Shown: positions 1-8,980 of the stretch, piece after piece
Layout of the letters: the number at the start of each line of letters is the position of its first letter
Numbering within the stretch: the first letter of the stretch is position 1
DNA from: an uncultured delta proteobacterium
GTDB lineage: Bacteria > Myxococcota > Myxococcia > Myxococcales > Myxococcaceae
DNA: 64,000 nt
Direction: 5' to 3'
Assembly (NCBI GenBank): GCA_963776345.1
Contig: CAVZMH010000017.1
Span: forward strand, 1-64,000
Notes under the pieces: generated by a model
What the model saw: only the letters and a program-made list of their open reading frames with translations
Databases searched by the model: none
What the model was told of the DNA's origin: nothing
Translations under genes and position numbers: made by a program

Positions 1-36
1 GGCCGAGTGCCACCGGGCCGGGGGGACGCATCGGTC

Positions 37-64
37 GCTGTAAGGCGCTTCTCACTTCTACGTC
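37..64 (+). promoter_or_regulatory. Putative ECF sigma promoter, copy 1 (TGTAAG-N16-CGTC)
   Basis: GCTGTAAGGC at 37-46 and CGTC at 61-64; same motif and spacing recur at 231-258; ATG follows at 80. Confidence 0.55.
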
Positions 65-79
65 TTGGCTGCTCGAACC

Positions 80-268
80 ATGAGCGCCCCTCTCCTTTCC
101 TCCGTCGCCCTCGCTGCCCTCTCGCTCTACGGCCACGTCCAGCCGCGCTTCATGAACGATCCGGAGCGGACCGGCGGGACGGCGCACCTCGCCCGCGCCA
201 ACTCCCCGAAGAGTCAGGGCTCCGGCTGCAGCTGTAAGGCCGGGGCGGTCGCTGCGTCGTCAGGGTGA
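80..268 (+). CDS. Small hypothetical protein, hydrophobic N-terminus, CSC near C-terminus; possibly a remnant
   Basis: ATG 80 just after ECF-like promoter; 3' end overlaps the second promoter. Confidence 0.3.
   Translation: MSAPLLSSVALAALSLYGHVQPRFMNDPERTGGTAHLARANSPKSQGSGCSCKAGAVAASSG
231..258 (+). promoter_or_regulatory. Putative ECF sigma promoter, copy 2, upstream of the metallothionein-like ORF
   Basis: GCTGTAAGGC 231-240, CGTC 255-258, 16-nt spacer between TGTAAG and CGTC as in copy 1. Confidence 0.6.
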
Positions 269-311
269 ACGCGTGCAAGACCGCCCGCGCCGATCACCGA
301 GGAGACGAATC

Positions 312-452
312 ATGAGCAGTGAAGAGACTTGCCGCTGCGAGAAGAAGAGCTGTGGCTGCACCATGGCCGAGCCCTGTCAGTGCGGCCAGCGCTGCGAGTG
401 CGAGACGACGTGCACCTGCGAGAACGGGTGCTCCTGCGGCGCGGCGAAGTAG
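312..452 (+). CDS. Metallothionein-like Cys-rich peptide, 46 aa (not in ORF track)
   Basis: GAGGAG RBS; MSSEETCRCEKKSCGCTMAEPCQCGQRCECETTCTCENGCSCGAAK; 12 Cys as six CxC motifs, no aromatic residues or His. Confidence 0.8.
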   Translation: MSSEETCRCEKKSCGCTMAEPCQCGQRCECETTCTCENGCSCGAAK

Positions 453-465
453 CCGGCCCGCGGCG

Positions 466-496
466 GGAGCGGGAGGCCCGTCGTGCTTCCCGCTCC
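466..496. terminator. Hairpin between convergent metallothionein-like and ECF genes
   Basis: GGAGCGGGAGGC / GCTTCCCGCTCC 12-bp stem (one G-U pair), 7-nt loop; no U-tract. Confidence 0.5.
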
Positions 497-1074
497 TATC
501 CGTCGCCGTGGGCGCAACCGGTGCTGCCCGGCTCGCCACACGAGCAGTCGATGCAGCCCCGCTCGGCGCAGGAGCCGCACCAGCGCACCACCCGCTTGCG
601 CAGGGTCTGGCGGGCGCGGAACAGGCGCACCCCTGCGTTGTTCGCGGTGATCCCGACCTCCGCGGCGTAGTCCTGCACCGAGACCCCGTCGACCTCGACC
701 CGGCGGAGCGCCAGGGCGTACTCCGGCTTGAGCGTCTCGGAGAGGCGCGACACGCAGCGGCAGACGGCGTCTCGATCGTCGAGACCGGGCTGCCACTCCT
801 CCTCGAGCTGCCTGCCGAGCGCGGCCAGGGCCCGATCGCTCGCGCCTCGTCGCCGGTAGTGATCGATCACCGCGTTGCGGAGGACCCGGTAGAACCAGGC
901 CACGGTGCTCTCGCCGTTCGCGAGGGGCAGCCGGTCCAGGCTCCGGGCGAAGGCGTCCTGGAGAACGTCCTCCGCCAGCTCGCGATGTCCGACCCGCCGC
1001 TCCAGGAACGAGAGGAAGGCGCGCCGGTTCTCGGCGATCACCGCGACGAGCTCGTGGCGAGAAGGCTGGGTCAT
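496..1074 (-). CDS. CorE-like metal-dependent ECF sigma factor
   Basis: Sigma2 (AEDVLQDAF, WFYRVLRN), CRC motif before sigma4, C-terminal Cys-rich tail CGSCAERGCIDCSC. Confidence 0.85.
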   Translation of the reverse strand: MTQPSRHELVAVIAENRRAFLSFLERRVGHRELAEDVLQDAFARSLDRLPLANGESTVAWFYRVLRNAVIDHYRRRGASDRALAALGRQLEEEWQPGLDDRDAVCRCVSRLSETLKPEYALALRRVEVDGVSVQDYAAEVGITANNAGVRLFRARQTLRKRVVRWCGSCAERGCIDCSCGEPGSTGCAHGDG

Positions 1075-1103
1075 CAGCCACTCCGGTTGCGGGCGTGAAT
1101 CAG

Positions 1104-1150
1104 TGCCCAGGGGCGGAATCGAACCACCGACACGGGCATTTTCAGTCCCC
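1104..1150 (-). repeat. att core copy (tRNA-Phe 3' 47 nt, 1 mismatch)
   Basis: Matches 13983-14029 except one G>C. Confidence 0.95.
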
Positions 1151-1418
1151 GTAGCCGAATGGCCAAGTCCTCGAACGAACTCCAGAAGACGAAGGAGCTG
1201 AACTGGACTGCATCACCGGTGCATCAGCAGGTCATGGCCGAGCGGGTGAGCTGACTGTGAGGTCCCACCGCCGCGTCCGTCCGCCCGGTCCCGCCCGCGC
1301 GGCCCACGGCGCCCGTGCACTTGGACGGCACGTCCTGAGCGCGAGACGGCGCTTCCCCGCACGGAGTGAGCGCGGGCTTGTGGCGTAGATGCTGCTAGCC
1401 ATCGGGCCGGGTGAGTGG

Positions 1419-4337
1419 TCACGGTGTCACGGTCGGCTTCGGCGCCGGCTGGCAATGGAGCCGCGCGCACAGTGCGCGCGCCCGGGCGAGATCGAGCAGA
1501 TCGGGATCGGCGTCGCGCCAGTCCGAGAGGAACCCTTCCGCCAGGTGGCGCGCCTCGTCCGCCTTGCCCTGCCGCTCGAGCACCTCCGCAAGGAGGCGCG
1601 CCGAGCGGGGGAGCATCCACGCATGGTAGATCGCGGTCGGCAGCGGCTCCGTCCGGTACTGGCGCAGCGCAGCCACGGCGCACTCGAGGTCGCCGTCCTC
1701 GGCGCAGGCCTGTCCCAGGCCGAACGCCGCGACCTTGCGCACCTTCCAGCGCCGTGACGCGACGAGGTCGCGGATCATGGCCCGGCCCCCCGCCGCATCG
1801 CCGCGCGCGCGCACTGCAAGGGCCTGGACGAACGTCCGCGCGGAGCGGATCTCGTCGGAGAAGACGCTGCTGGCCGGGTCGGCGCGCTCGCGGGTCAGCC
1901 CCCGCGCGTAGCCTTCGGCTCCCGGCACGTCGCCGGCAACCGCCAGGGTGAGCGCGCCGAGCCAGTCGAGCTGCGGCTGGGAGGCGACGAGCTCACGGAT
2001 GCGTGCGCGGAGCTCTCCGGCCGGGGCGTCACCGGAGGCAATCGAGAGGTTCGCATAGCCGGTCGACCCGCCTCCCTGCGCGACGCCCGCCAGGACCGCG
2101 AGTGCCTCCCGCCTCCGCCCCTGGTAGGTGAGCGCAAAGGCGAGCGGCAAGTGGCCCCGGCCGGACCGCGCGATGCGCTCCCGTGCCACCCGCTCGGCCT
2201 CGCGGTACTCGCGGCGCGCCATGTGCACCCAGTCCAGAGTGGGTCTGCCCGGGGACAGGAGGTCCTCGCGCCTCGCGGCCTCGAGCGCGTCGTCGAGCTC
2301 GCCGGCCGCCGCGAAGGCCATGGCCGCCGCCCCCGCCCGGCCAGGGGCCGGCGGCTGAGCGAGCCAGGTGCGGGCGAGCGGGATCAGCTCCGCTCGGCGT
2401 ACGAGATCGCACATCGCCCCGACGATCTGTTCCTGGGCCGGGACGTACATGGGGTCGGCCTGCAGCGCCCGCTGCAGGTAGGCGAGGGTCTCCTCGGGCG
2501 AACCCGCCACCCTCGCTCCCAGCGCGAGGACCTCCTTGTCGTCCGGATAGCGCTCGAGCACCTCCCGGTAGAGCGCCCGGGCGTCGTCCACGCGTTGCTC
2601 GACCGTCGCGTTCCACGCTCGAATGAGCCGTGCCTCGCGCCAGGGCGCTCGGCCTGCGACCCTGATCGCGGTGGTGGCGATCGCCCCCAGCTCGCTGACC
2701 GGCGCTCTCTCGCGAGAAGCCGCGGCGGCGAGCGCGAAGTGGGCGAGCGCGAACTCCGGGTCGAGCGCGATCGCCTTGCGATAGGCCTCCTGCGCGCCGT
2801 TCAGACTCTGCTCCTCGAGCGACTTACCCGTCTCGTACCACCGGTTCGCCTCGAGGTTCGCCGTCACGAGCTGGGCGAGCGGTGTCGCGCCGGTCGAAGG
2901 GCCGCGATCGCCGACCAGCTTCTTCCGGGCCCGGGCGGCGAGGCGGTCGACCAGCGCCAGAACCTCGGACTTTCCCTGCGCCTGCTCGCGATCCGAGAGG
3001 AGGTACTCCCCTCGGTCGGGATCGATCCCGCGCAGCTCCACGACGATCAGCCCCCCCATGCGGCGCACGAAGCCCGCGAGCAGCGTCCGGGCCCCGGCGC
3101 GTTTGGCGATCTCCCGGCCGGTAGACTCGTCGATCCGCACCGCCACGTCCGTCCCGAGCTGCCGCTGGAGGTCCACCATTCGGCTGCGGGTGAGCACGCG
3201 GAGGCCCGGCGACTCCTGGAGCGCGGTGGCGACGAGGCTCCCGATCCCATCGAGATCCGGGTCCCCCGTCTCGTTCGCGAAGTCGGCCACGGCGATGAGA
3301 GGCGGCCCCACCTGATCGGGTGCCGCCTGGTGGATCACGACGACGATGATCGCGCCGAGTGCCCCCACCACCAGCGCGACCGAGCGAAGGAGCCTCTGCA
3401 TCGGCCGGCGGAGTGGGGGTGCTCCTTGCCGGAGCGCGCGGAGGAAGGCCTCGGCCGACTGCGGGCGACGGGACGGGTCGATCTCCAGACACCATCTGCA
3501 GAGCTGTTTCCAGCTCCTGCCGTAGTGTCCGGGGGGCCTCCCGATGCCCGGTTCGAGCGAGGGCGCGGCGCCGTCGCCGCGGTCGGCCAGCGTTCCGGTC
3601 GCGATCTCCGTCATGAGGACGCCGAGCGAGTACAGGTCGGTCGCCGGGCTTAGTTCCCGGCCGGCGACCTGCTCCGGTGCCATGTATGCCGGGGTGCCGA
3701 TCGGACCGTCCCAGGTCGTCGCCCCCGGCAGCCCGTCCATCGCCCGCGCGATGCCGAAATCCGTGACCACGGCCCGTTCGCTCCCACCATGCACCGGTAC
3801 CAGCATGACGTTGCTTGGCTTGAGGTCACGGTGGAGGACTCCCTCCCGGTGCGCCGCCGCCAGCCCGGAGGCGATCTGCGTGACCAGCTCTCTCGCGACC
3901 GGCTCGGGAAGAGGACCGTCTCTGCGCAGACGTTCGGCGAGCGTCTCGCCCTCGAGCAGCTCCATGCTCAAGAACAGCGGAGGCTCTCCCGGGCTCCCGA
4001 GATGGAGTTCGAACACGCGGCAGACGTTGAAGTGCGAGATCCTCCGGGCGAGGAGGATCTCCCGCCGGAATCGTTGCAGCCGAACCTCGGTCGACCCGGG
4101 CTCCAGACGCACCGTCTTCACTGCGATGCGCGCCCCGAGTGCGACGTCGACCGCCTCGTAGACCTCCCCCATGCCGCCACGACCGAGCATCCGGACGACG
4201 CGGAACCGCGACTCCAGCACCGTGCCGGTCGGTAACGCTTCCTGCGCCGGGGCTCCGAGTGGGTCCGTACCCTCCGTCAGTGGCGGCGACACCACCTCAG
4301 TCGGCGACCCCGCTTCGATCCTGCGCTCCGGAGGCAT
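1419..4337 (-). CDS. Hanks-type Ser/Thr protein kinase with TM segment and TPR-like C-terminus
   Basis: GRGGMG, IAVK, HRDLKPSN, DFG, APE motifs; GGGAGG RBS before ATG 4337. Confidence 0.9.
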   Translation of the reverse strand: MPPERRIEAGSPTEVVSPPLTEGTDPLGAPAQEALPTGTVLESRFRVVRMLGRGGMGEVYEAVDVALGARIAVKTVRLEPGSTEVRLQRFRREILLARRISHFNVCRVFELHLGSPGEPPLFLSMELLEGETLAERLRRDGPLPEPVARELVTQIASGLAAAHREGVLHRDLKPSNVMLVPVHGGSERAVVTDFGIARAMDGLPGATTWDGPIGTPAYMAPEQVAGRELSPATDLYSLGVLMTEIATGTLADRGDGAAPSLEPGIGRPPGHYGRSWKQLCRWCLEIDPSRRPQSAEAFLRALRQGAPPLRRPMQRLLRSVALVVGALGAIIVVVIHQAAPDQVGPPLIAVADFANETGDPDLDGIGSLVATALQESPGLRVLTRSRMVDLQRQLGTDVAVRIDESTGREIAKRAGARTLLAGFVRRMGGLIVVELRGIDPDRGEYLLSDREQAQGKSEVLALVDRLAARARKKLVGDRGPSTGATPLAQLVTANLEANRWYETGKSLEEQSLNGAQEAYRKAIALDPEFALAHFALAAAASRERAPVSELGAIATTAIRVAGRAPWREARLIRAWNATVEQRVDDARALYREVLERYPDDKEVLALGARVAGSPEETLAYLQRALQADPMYVPAQEQIVGAMCDLVRRAELIPLARTWLAQPPAPGRAGAAAMAFAAAGELDDALEAARREDLLSPGRPTLDWVHMARREYREAERVARERIARSGRGHLPLAFALTYQGRRREALAVLAGVAQGGGSTGYANLSIASGDAPAGELRARIRELVASQPQLDWLGALTLAVAGDVPGAEGYARGLTRERADPASSVFSDEIRSARTFVQALAVRARGDAAGGRAMIRDLVASRRWKVRKVAAFGLGQACAEDGDLECAVAALRQYRTEPLPTAIYHAWMLPRSARLLAEVLERQGKADEARHLAEGFLSDWRDADPDLLDLARARALCARLHCQPAPKPTVTP

Positions 4338-4669
4338 GGGAAACCTCCCGGGGAGGGCACTTACTCTACGACCCGTGGCGGCCCGGGTCACGTAGAACGA
4401 CGGATGGATTCTGAAAAGCAGAGCTACTTCGAAGGTGCAGGAAACGCTCAACTCCGACCTGGGCGGCGTGGCGACGCTCCCCGACGTCATCGACCATCTT
4501 CCGCGCCGAAGCCGAGCGTGCCGAGGTGGCCCTGCTCACCGCCCGTACCAGGCCCTCGGCCCGCAATCGATTGCGGGCTCGCTCTCAATGGCCCGCCAAT
4601 GCGCCCGTGAATGCTCTCCCGGATCGGGCACACGTCGACCGCTATATCTCCCCCCGGCGGTCGGAAGCG

Positions 4670-5446
4670 GTGAGCGATCACACCATCGCCAAAGAGCTGG
4701 TGACTCTTCGAGCCTCGCTCAAGCTCGCCAAGCGCGGGGGGCTGTGGCTCGGCGACATCGATGCACTCTTGCCGGTCGGCTTTGCTCCGGATTATCGGCC
4801 ACGAACCCGTGCCCTTTCGACCGAGGAGCTCGGGCAGCTGCTCGCCCTTCTGCCGCCAGCCCGAGCAGCGCAGGTGAGCTTCATCGTCGCGACCTCCGCG
4901 TGCTGGAGCGAATCGGTGAAGGCTCGCCGTGGCGACGTTCAGCTCGATTCAGGCTGGGTCCACATCCACGGCACCAAACGGGCGGCCAGAGATCGGCACA
5001 TCCTCGTCCGACACCCAGCTCTCGCGAGCCTGCTCGCATACGCGCTCGAGCACGCTCCTGGCGAGGACCTGCTCTTCCCGTCCTGGAGCAACGTCCGCCG
5101 CGATCTCCTCATCGCCTGCGAGCAGGCGAGAATCGAGCCCTGCTCTCCGAACGACCTGCGCCGCACCTACGCCAAGTGGATGCGCCTGGCCCGCGTTCCC
5201 GCCGAAATCGTCGCTCCAACCATGGGCCACCGGGACACGCGTATGGTCGAGCGCGTCTATGGCCGCCTGTCGCCCGAGGAAATCGGCGCGCTGCTCACCG
5301 CGCACTTCGCTCCGGACTGCATCGCCGGTGCATCAGACAGCGTGAATTTGCCCAGGGGCGGAATCGAACCACCGACACGGGGATTTTCAGTCCCCGTCGT
5401 GGAGTGGCCAAGCCCCCGCCCCAACAGGGGGAACCGTAGCAGGTAA
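4670..5446 (+). pseudogene. Tyrosine integrase, 5'-truncated (copy B); ORF reads through the att core
   Basis: GTKR, NDLRRT, MGH...VY motifs; integrase-like sequence may extend back to about 4590; roughly 90% nt identical to 13247-13920 by eye. Confidence 0.8.
5349..5395 (-). repeat. att core copy (tRNA-Phe 3' 47 nt, exact)
   Basis: Identical to 13983-14029. Confidence 0.95.
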
Positions 5447-5665
5447 CACGGGTTGCATCGCCGGTGCATCAGTCACGAGCCTCAGCGACCCGGGGCCGCG
5501 AAGCCGCCTCTCGGGGCGCCGGAGTCCGAGAGCGTGAGACGCGCTCGCCGTGGCTCGCTCCGCCCGGTCGACCGCTGATTCGCAAATGGGCAGGACGTCG
5601 CGGGCTTGCGACCGGTCTGAGCGGTGCGTTCGGTACAGTCGGCTGGAGAGCCCCGGCCGGCGCGT

Positions 5666-6139
5666 CTACAGAGGCGCGCCCTCGGGAGCGCGCGACAGTT
5701 TCATCGCCACGGCTGTCCCAGGGCACGCCCCTCGACATTCTTCCGAACTCTCGAGCACCGCGGGAAGACTCGTCCGTGGGGTGACGGAGAAGCCGAACCG
5801 CTGAAACCAGTCGGAAGCCGTCGTGGTCAGGAGGTAGATGTCTCGTACCGGGCTCATCCTGGCCTCTCGGAGGAGCTGCCGAACGAGTGCGCTCCCCACA
5901 CCCCGGCGCCCAGCATCAGCAGAAACCGCCACGCTCCGCAGGAGTCCTATGGCGCCGTAGCGTTCGAGGCCAGCGCACCCGATGATCCATCCATCGACTT
6001 CGGCCACGAGAAACCCCGCGAGATGCTCTCGTGCACCGGCGATCGGCAGCCCGTGTTCCCGGACGAGCGCCAAGATTCCAGGCCAGTCCCCCGGCCGGGC
6101 CTGACGTACCTTCGCGAAATCAAGGCCTTGGCTGCTCAT
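5666..6139 (-). CDS. GNAT acetyltransferase, ArsN2-like (arsenic resistance associated)
   Basis: GLERYG..GLLRSVAV, YLLTTTA, C-terminal SEECRGACP motif. Confidence 0.75.
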   Translation of the reverse strand: MSSQGLDFAKVRQARPGDWPGILALVREHGLPIAGAREHLAGFLVAEVDGWIIGCAGLERYGAIGLLRSVAVSADAGRRGVGSALVRQLLREARMSPVRDIYLLTTTASDWFQRFGFSVTPRTSLPAVLESSEECRGACPGTAVAMKLSRAPEGAPL

Positions 6140-6319
6140 GCTGCCGAGTCCCAGTCAGCCCTCTCGGCCCTGAGTCTATCGAGTTACTCGAGCAGCAGGG
6201 AGGTAAGAGCCGGCCCTGGCGAGGGCAGGAGCGCGAGATTGTGAAGTACTGCTCCTTCGCTTCTGGCCCCATCGTCAGCGCGCTGCCTCGGGAAGCGGCT
6301 TGGAGCGCCGGGGGCTGCG

Positions 6320-8947
6320 TCAGATCCACGACCGCCGCAGCAGCCACGACTTCACCCATTGGGTCAGAAGCACGTAGCAGAGGAGCGTCACGAGGAGGAG
6401 CGGCCAGTAGAGCCGCGGCAGCCTGGTGAACCCGAGGACCTCAGCAAAAGGCGAGAACGGCAACCACACGCCGATTGCCATGATCGCCAGGCTCGTGAGC
6501 GTCAGAGGCCAGGCAGCACGGCTCTGCAGGAACGGAACCTTGTTGGTGCGGATGACGTGAATGATGAGCGTCTGGGTCAGCAACGATTCGACGAACCAGC
6601 CGGTCTGGAAGAGCGAGGCGTGCGACGGGGTCACCGCTTTGAACACGAACCACATCATCGCGTACGTCGTGTAGTCGAAGACCGAGCTGCAGGGGCCGAT
6701 GAAGAGAATGAAGCGAGCGATCTCTCCCACCGACCACGGACGCGGTCTCGCGACCTGCTCCGGATCCACGTCGTCGACCGGAATCGGGACCTGAGAGAAG
6801 TCGTACATCAGGTTGTTGGTGAGGATCTGCAACGGCGCCATCGGTAGGAACGGAAGGAAGGCGCTCGCTCCCACAACGCTGAACATGTTGCCGAAGCTGG
6901 AACTCGCTCCCATCCGGATGTACTTGAGGATGTTCGCGAACACCTTCCGACCCTCGATGACTCCCTCCTCGAGGACGAGCAGGCTCTTCTCCAAGAGGAT
7001 GAGGTCCGCCGATTCCTTGGCGATGTCCGTCGCCGAGTCGACCGAGACTCCCACGTCGGCTGCCCGGAGCGCGGGGGCATCGTTGATGCCGTCGCCCAGG
7101 AAGCCGACCACGTGTCCCTTCCGCTGCAGGGCGGCGATCACCCGGTGCTTGTGAGCCGGCGCCAGCCGGGCAAAGAGGGTGACGTTCTCCGTGGCTGATG
7201 CCAGCTCCTCGTCGGAGAGTGCATCGACCTGCGCGCCGAGCAGGACGGGCGGGTTGGAGATGCCCACGTCGCGACAGATCTTCCGGCTGACCGCCTCGTT
7301 GTCCCCGGTCAGGATCTTGACCGAGATGCCGTGCTGCTGGAGGGCGGCCACTGCGGGTCCGGCCGTCTCCTTCGGCGGATCGAAGAAGGCGACGTATCCC
7401 CGAAGAACGAGGTCCGTCTCGTCAGCCTTCGAGTACTCGGCGCGCCGATCCAGATCCCGGAACGCGATTGCCAGCACGCGGAAGCCGTCCGTGCTGAGCC
7501 GCTCATACTCGATCCGGAGGTCGTCGAGCACGATGCTCTCGATCGGGAGAATCTCGCCCCGATGCTCGTAGCGGGTGGAACGAGCGAAGACTGCCTCCGG
7601 TGCTCCCTTGCAGATGAGCCGGTACGTTCCGTCCGGCCGCTCGACAACCACCGACATCAGCCGACGTGCGAAGTCGAACGGGATCTCGTCGATCAGGTGG
7701 TGCTGCGGGATGTGCAGCTGGTCATGGACCTCGGTGTGAGCGAGGATCGCCCGGTCGAGGAGGTTCTTCAGGCCGGTCTGGAAGTAGCTGTTGAGGTACG
7801 CAAGCGTCAGCACGTCCTCATCGTCCTCGAGCAACACATCGCAGTGTCGTTCCAGGACGACACGGTCCATGGTCAGCGTCCCGGTCTTGTCGGTGCAGAG
7901 GACGTCCATGGCGCCGAGGTTCTGGATGGAGTTCAGCCGCTTGACGATGACCTTCTTCTGGGCCATCGCCATCGCCCCCTTGGAGAGGCAGACCGTCACG
8001 ATCATGGGAAGCATCTCCGGGGTCATTCCCACGGCGACGGCGACCGCGAAGAAGAACGCATCGTGCCAGTTGTGCTTGGTGAGCCCGTTGATCAGGAAGA
8101 CCAGAGGGACCATCACCAGGATGAACTGGAGCATCAACCAGGTGAAGCGGTTGACGCCCTTGTCGAAGGCGGTCTGGACCTGCTGACCGACAATTCCTCG
8201 AGCGATGGTCCCGAGGTAGGTGCTCTCACCCGTTGCCACGACGATGGCCGTGGCAGTCCCGCTCTCGACGCTCGTTCCGAGAAAGCAGAGGTTCCGGAAT
8301 TCGATCGGCGAACGGGCTCCCGGAGCTTCCGTCCGATCCGTCTTCTCCACCGGCATTGACTCGCCGGTGAGGCTCGCCTGCACGACGAAGAGGTCCTTGC
8401 TGACGATGACCCTGACGTCGGCGGGAATCATGTCGCCAGCCGAGAGCTTCACTACGTCGCCTGGCACCAGCTCCGCGAGGAGAACTTCCCTGGCCGACGA
8501 ATCGCGGAGCGCGGTGGCGGTCACACGTATCATCGCTCTCAGCTTCGCAGCGGCCGTGTCCGCCCGGACCTCCTGCACGAAGCGGAGCGCGACCCCGAGC
8601 ACCACCATCACCCCCATCACGATGGCTGCCCGCGCATCTCCGGTGAGCGCGGAGATCGTCCCGAGGACCGCAAGGAGGACCACCAGGGGATTCAGCAGGG
8701 CCTTCAGGAGGACTCCCAGTCGTGTGGGCCCGTCCTCGGAAGCCACCGTGTTGGTCCCGAACTTCTCCAGCCTGCGCTCGGCCTCCTCCGAGGTCAGTCC
8801 GGAACGAGAGGTGCCGAGGTGCTCGAGCAGCGCATCGACTTCACTGGTGGCGGCCTCGAGAAGTTGACTCGATGGGCCGAGGGAGGTCCAGCGATCCTTG
8901 CGGATGGTCAAACGCCTCGGGAGCACCGCAGCCATGGAGAGCTTCAT
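6320..8947 (-). CDS. mgtA: Magnesium-translocating P-type ATPase
   Basis: TGES, PEMLP, DKTGT, GDGIND, QTGWFVES motifs. Confidence 0.92.
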   Translation of the reverse strand: MKLSMAAVLPRRLTIRKDRWTSLGPSSQLLEAATSEVDALLEHLGTSRSGLTSEEAERRLEKFGTNTVASEDGPTRLGVLLKALLNPLVVLLAVLGTISALTGDARAAIVMGVMVVLGVALRFVQEVRADTAAAKLRAMIRVTATALRDSSAREVLLAELVPGDVVKLSAGDMIPADVRVIVSKDLFVVQASLTGESMPVEKTDRTEAPGARSPIEFRNLCFLGTSVESGTATAIVVATGESTYLGTIARGIVGQQVQTAFDKGVNRFTWLMLQFILVMVPLVFLINGLTKHNWHDAFFFAVAVAVGMTPEMLPMIVTVCLSKGAMAMAQKKVIVKRLNSIQNLGAMDVLCTDKTGTLTMDRVVLERHCDVLLEDDEDVLTLAYLNSYFQTGLKNLLDRAILAHTEVHDQLHIPQHHLIDEIPFDFARRLMSVVVERPDGTYRLICKGAPEAVFARSTRYEHRGEILPIESIVLDDLRIEYERLSTDGFRVLAIAFRDLDRRAEYSKADETDLVLRGYVAFFDPPKETAGPAVAALQQHGISVKILTGDNEAVSRKICRDVGISNPPVLLGAQVDALSDEELASATENVTLFARLAPAHKHRVIAALQRKGHVVGFLGDGINDAPALRAADVGVSVDSATDIAKESADLILLEKSLLVLEEGVIEGRKVFANILKYIRMGASSSFGNMFSVVGASAFLPFLPMAPLQILTNNLMYDFSQVPIPVDDVDPEQVARPRPWSVGEIARFILFIGPCSSVFDYTTYAMMWFVFKAVTPSHASLFQTGWFVESLLTQTLIIHVIRTNKVPFLQSRAAWPLTLTSLAIMAIGVWLPFSPFAEVLGFTRLPRLYWPLLLVTLLCYVLLTQWVKSWLLRRSWI

Positions 8948-8980
8948 CGGAAGTCCTCAAGCCCTGTTTGAACCTCTGCC

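Larger units (their letters stand above)
1104..5395. mobile_element. Genomic island B at tRNA-Phe (Ser/Thr kinase cargo plus truncated integrase)
   Basis: Bounded by 47-bp direct repeats at 1104-1150 and 5349-5395; integrase at the tRNA-proximal end. Confidence 0.85.

Noticed and set aside
1104..5395. Extra tRNA-Phe genes at 1104 and 5349
   Set aside because: Only the 3' 47 nt are present, with no D-arm or 5' acceptor strand; these are att duplications.
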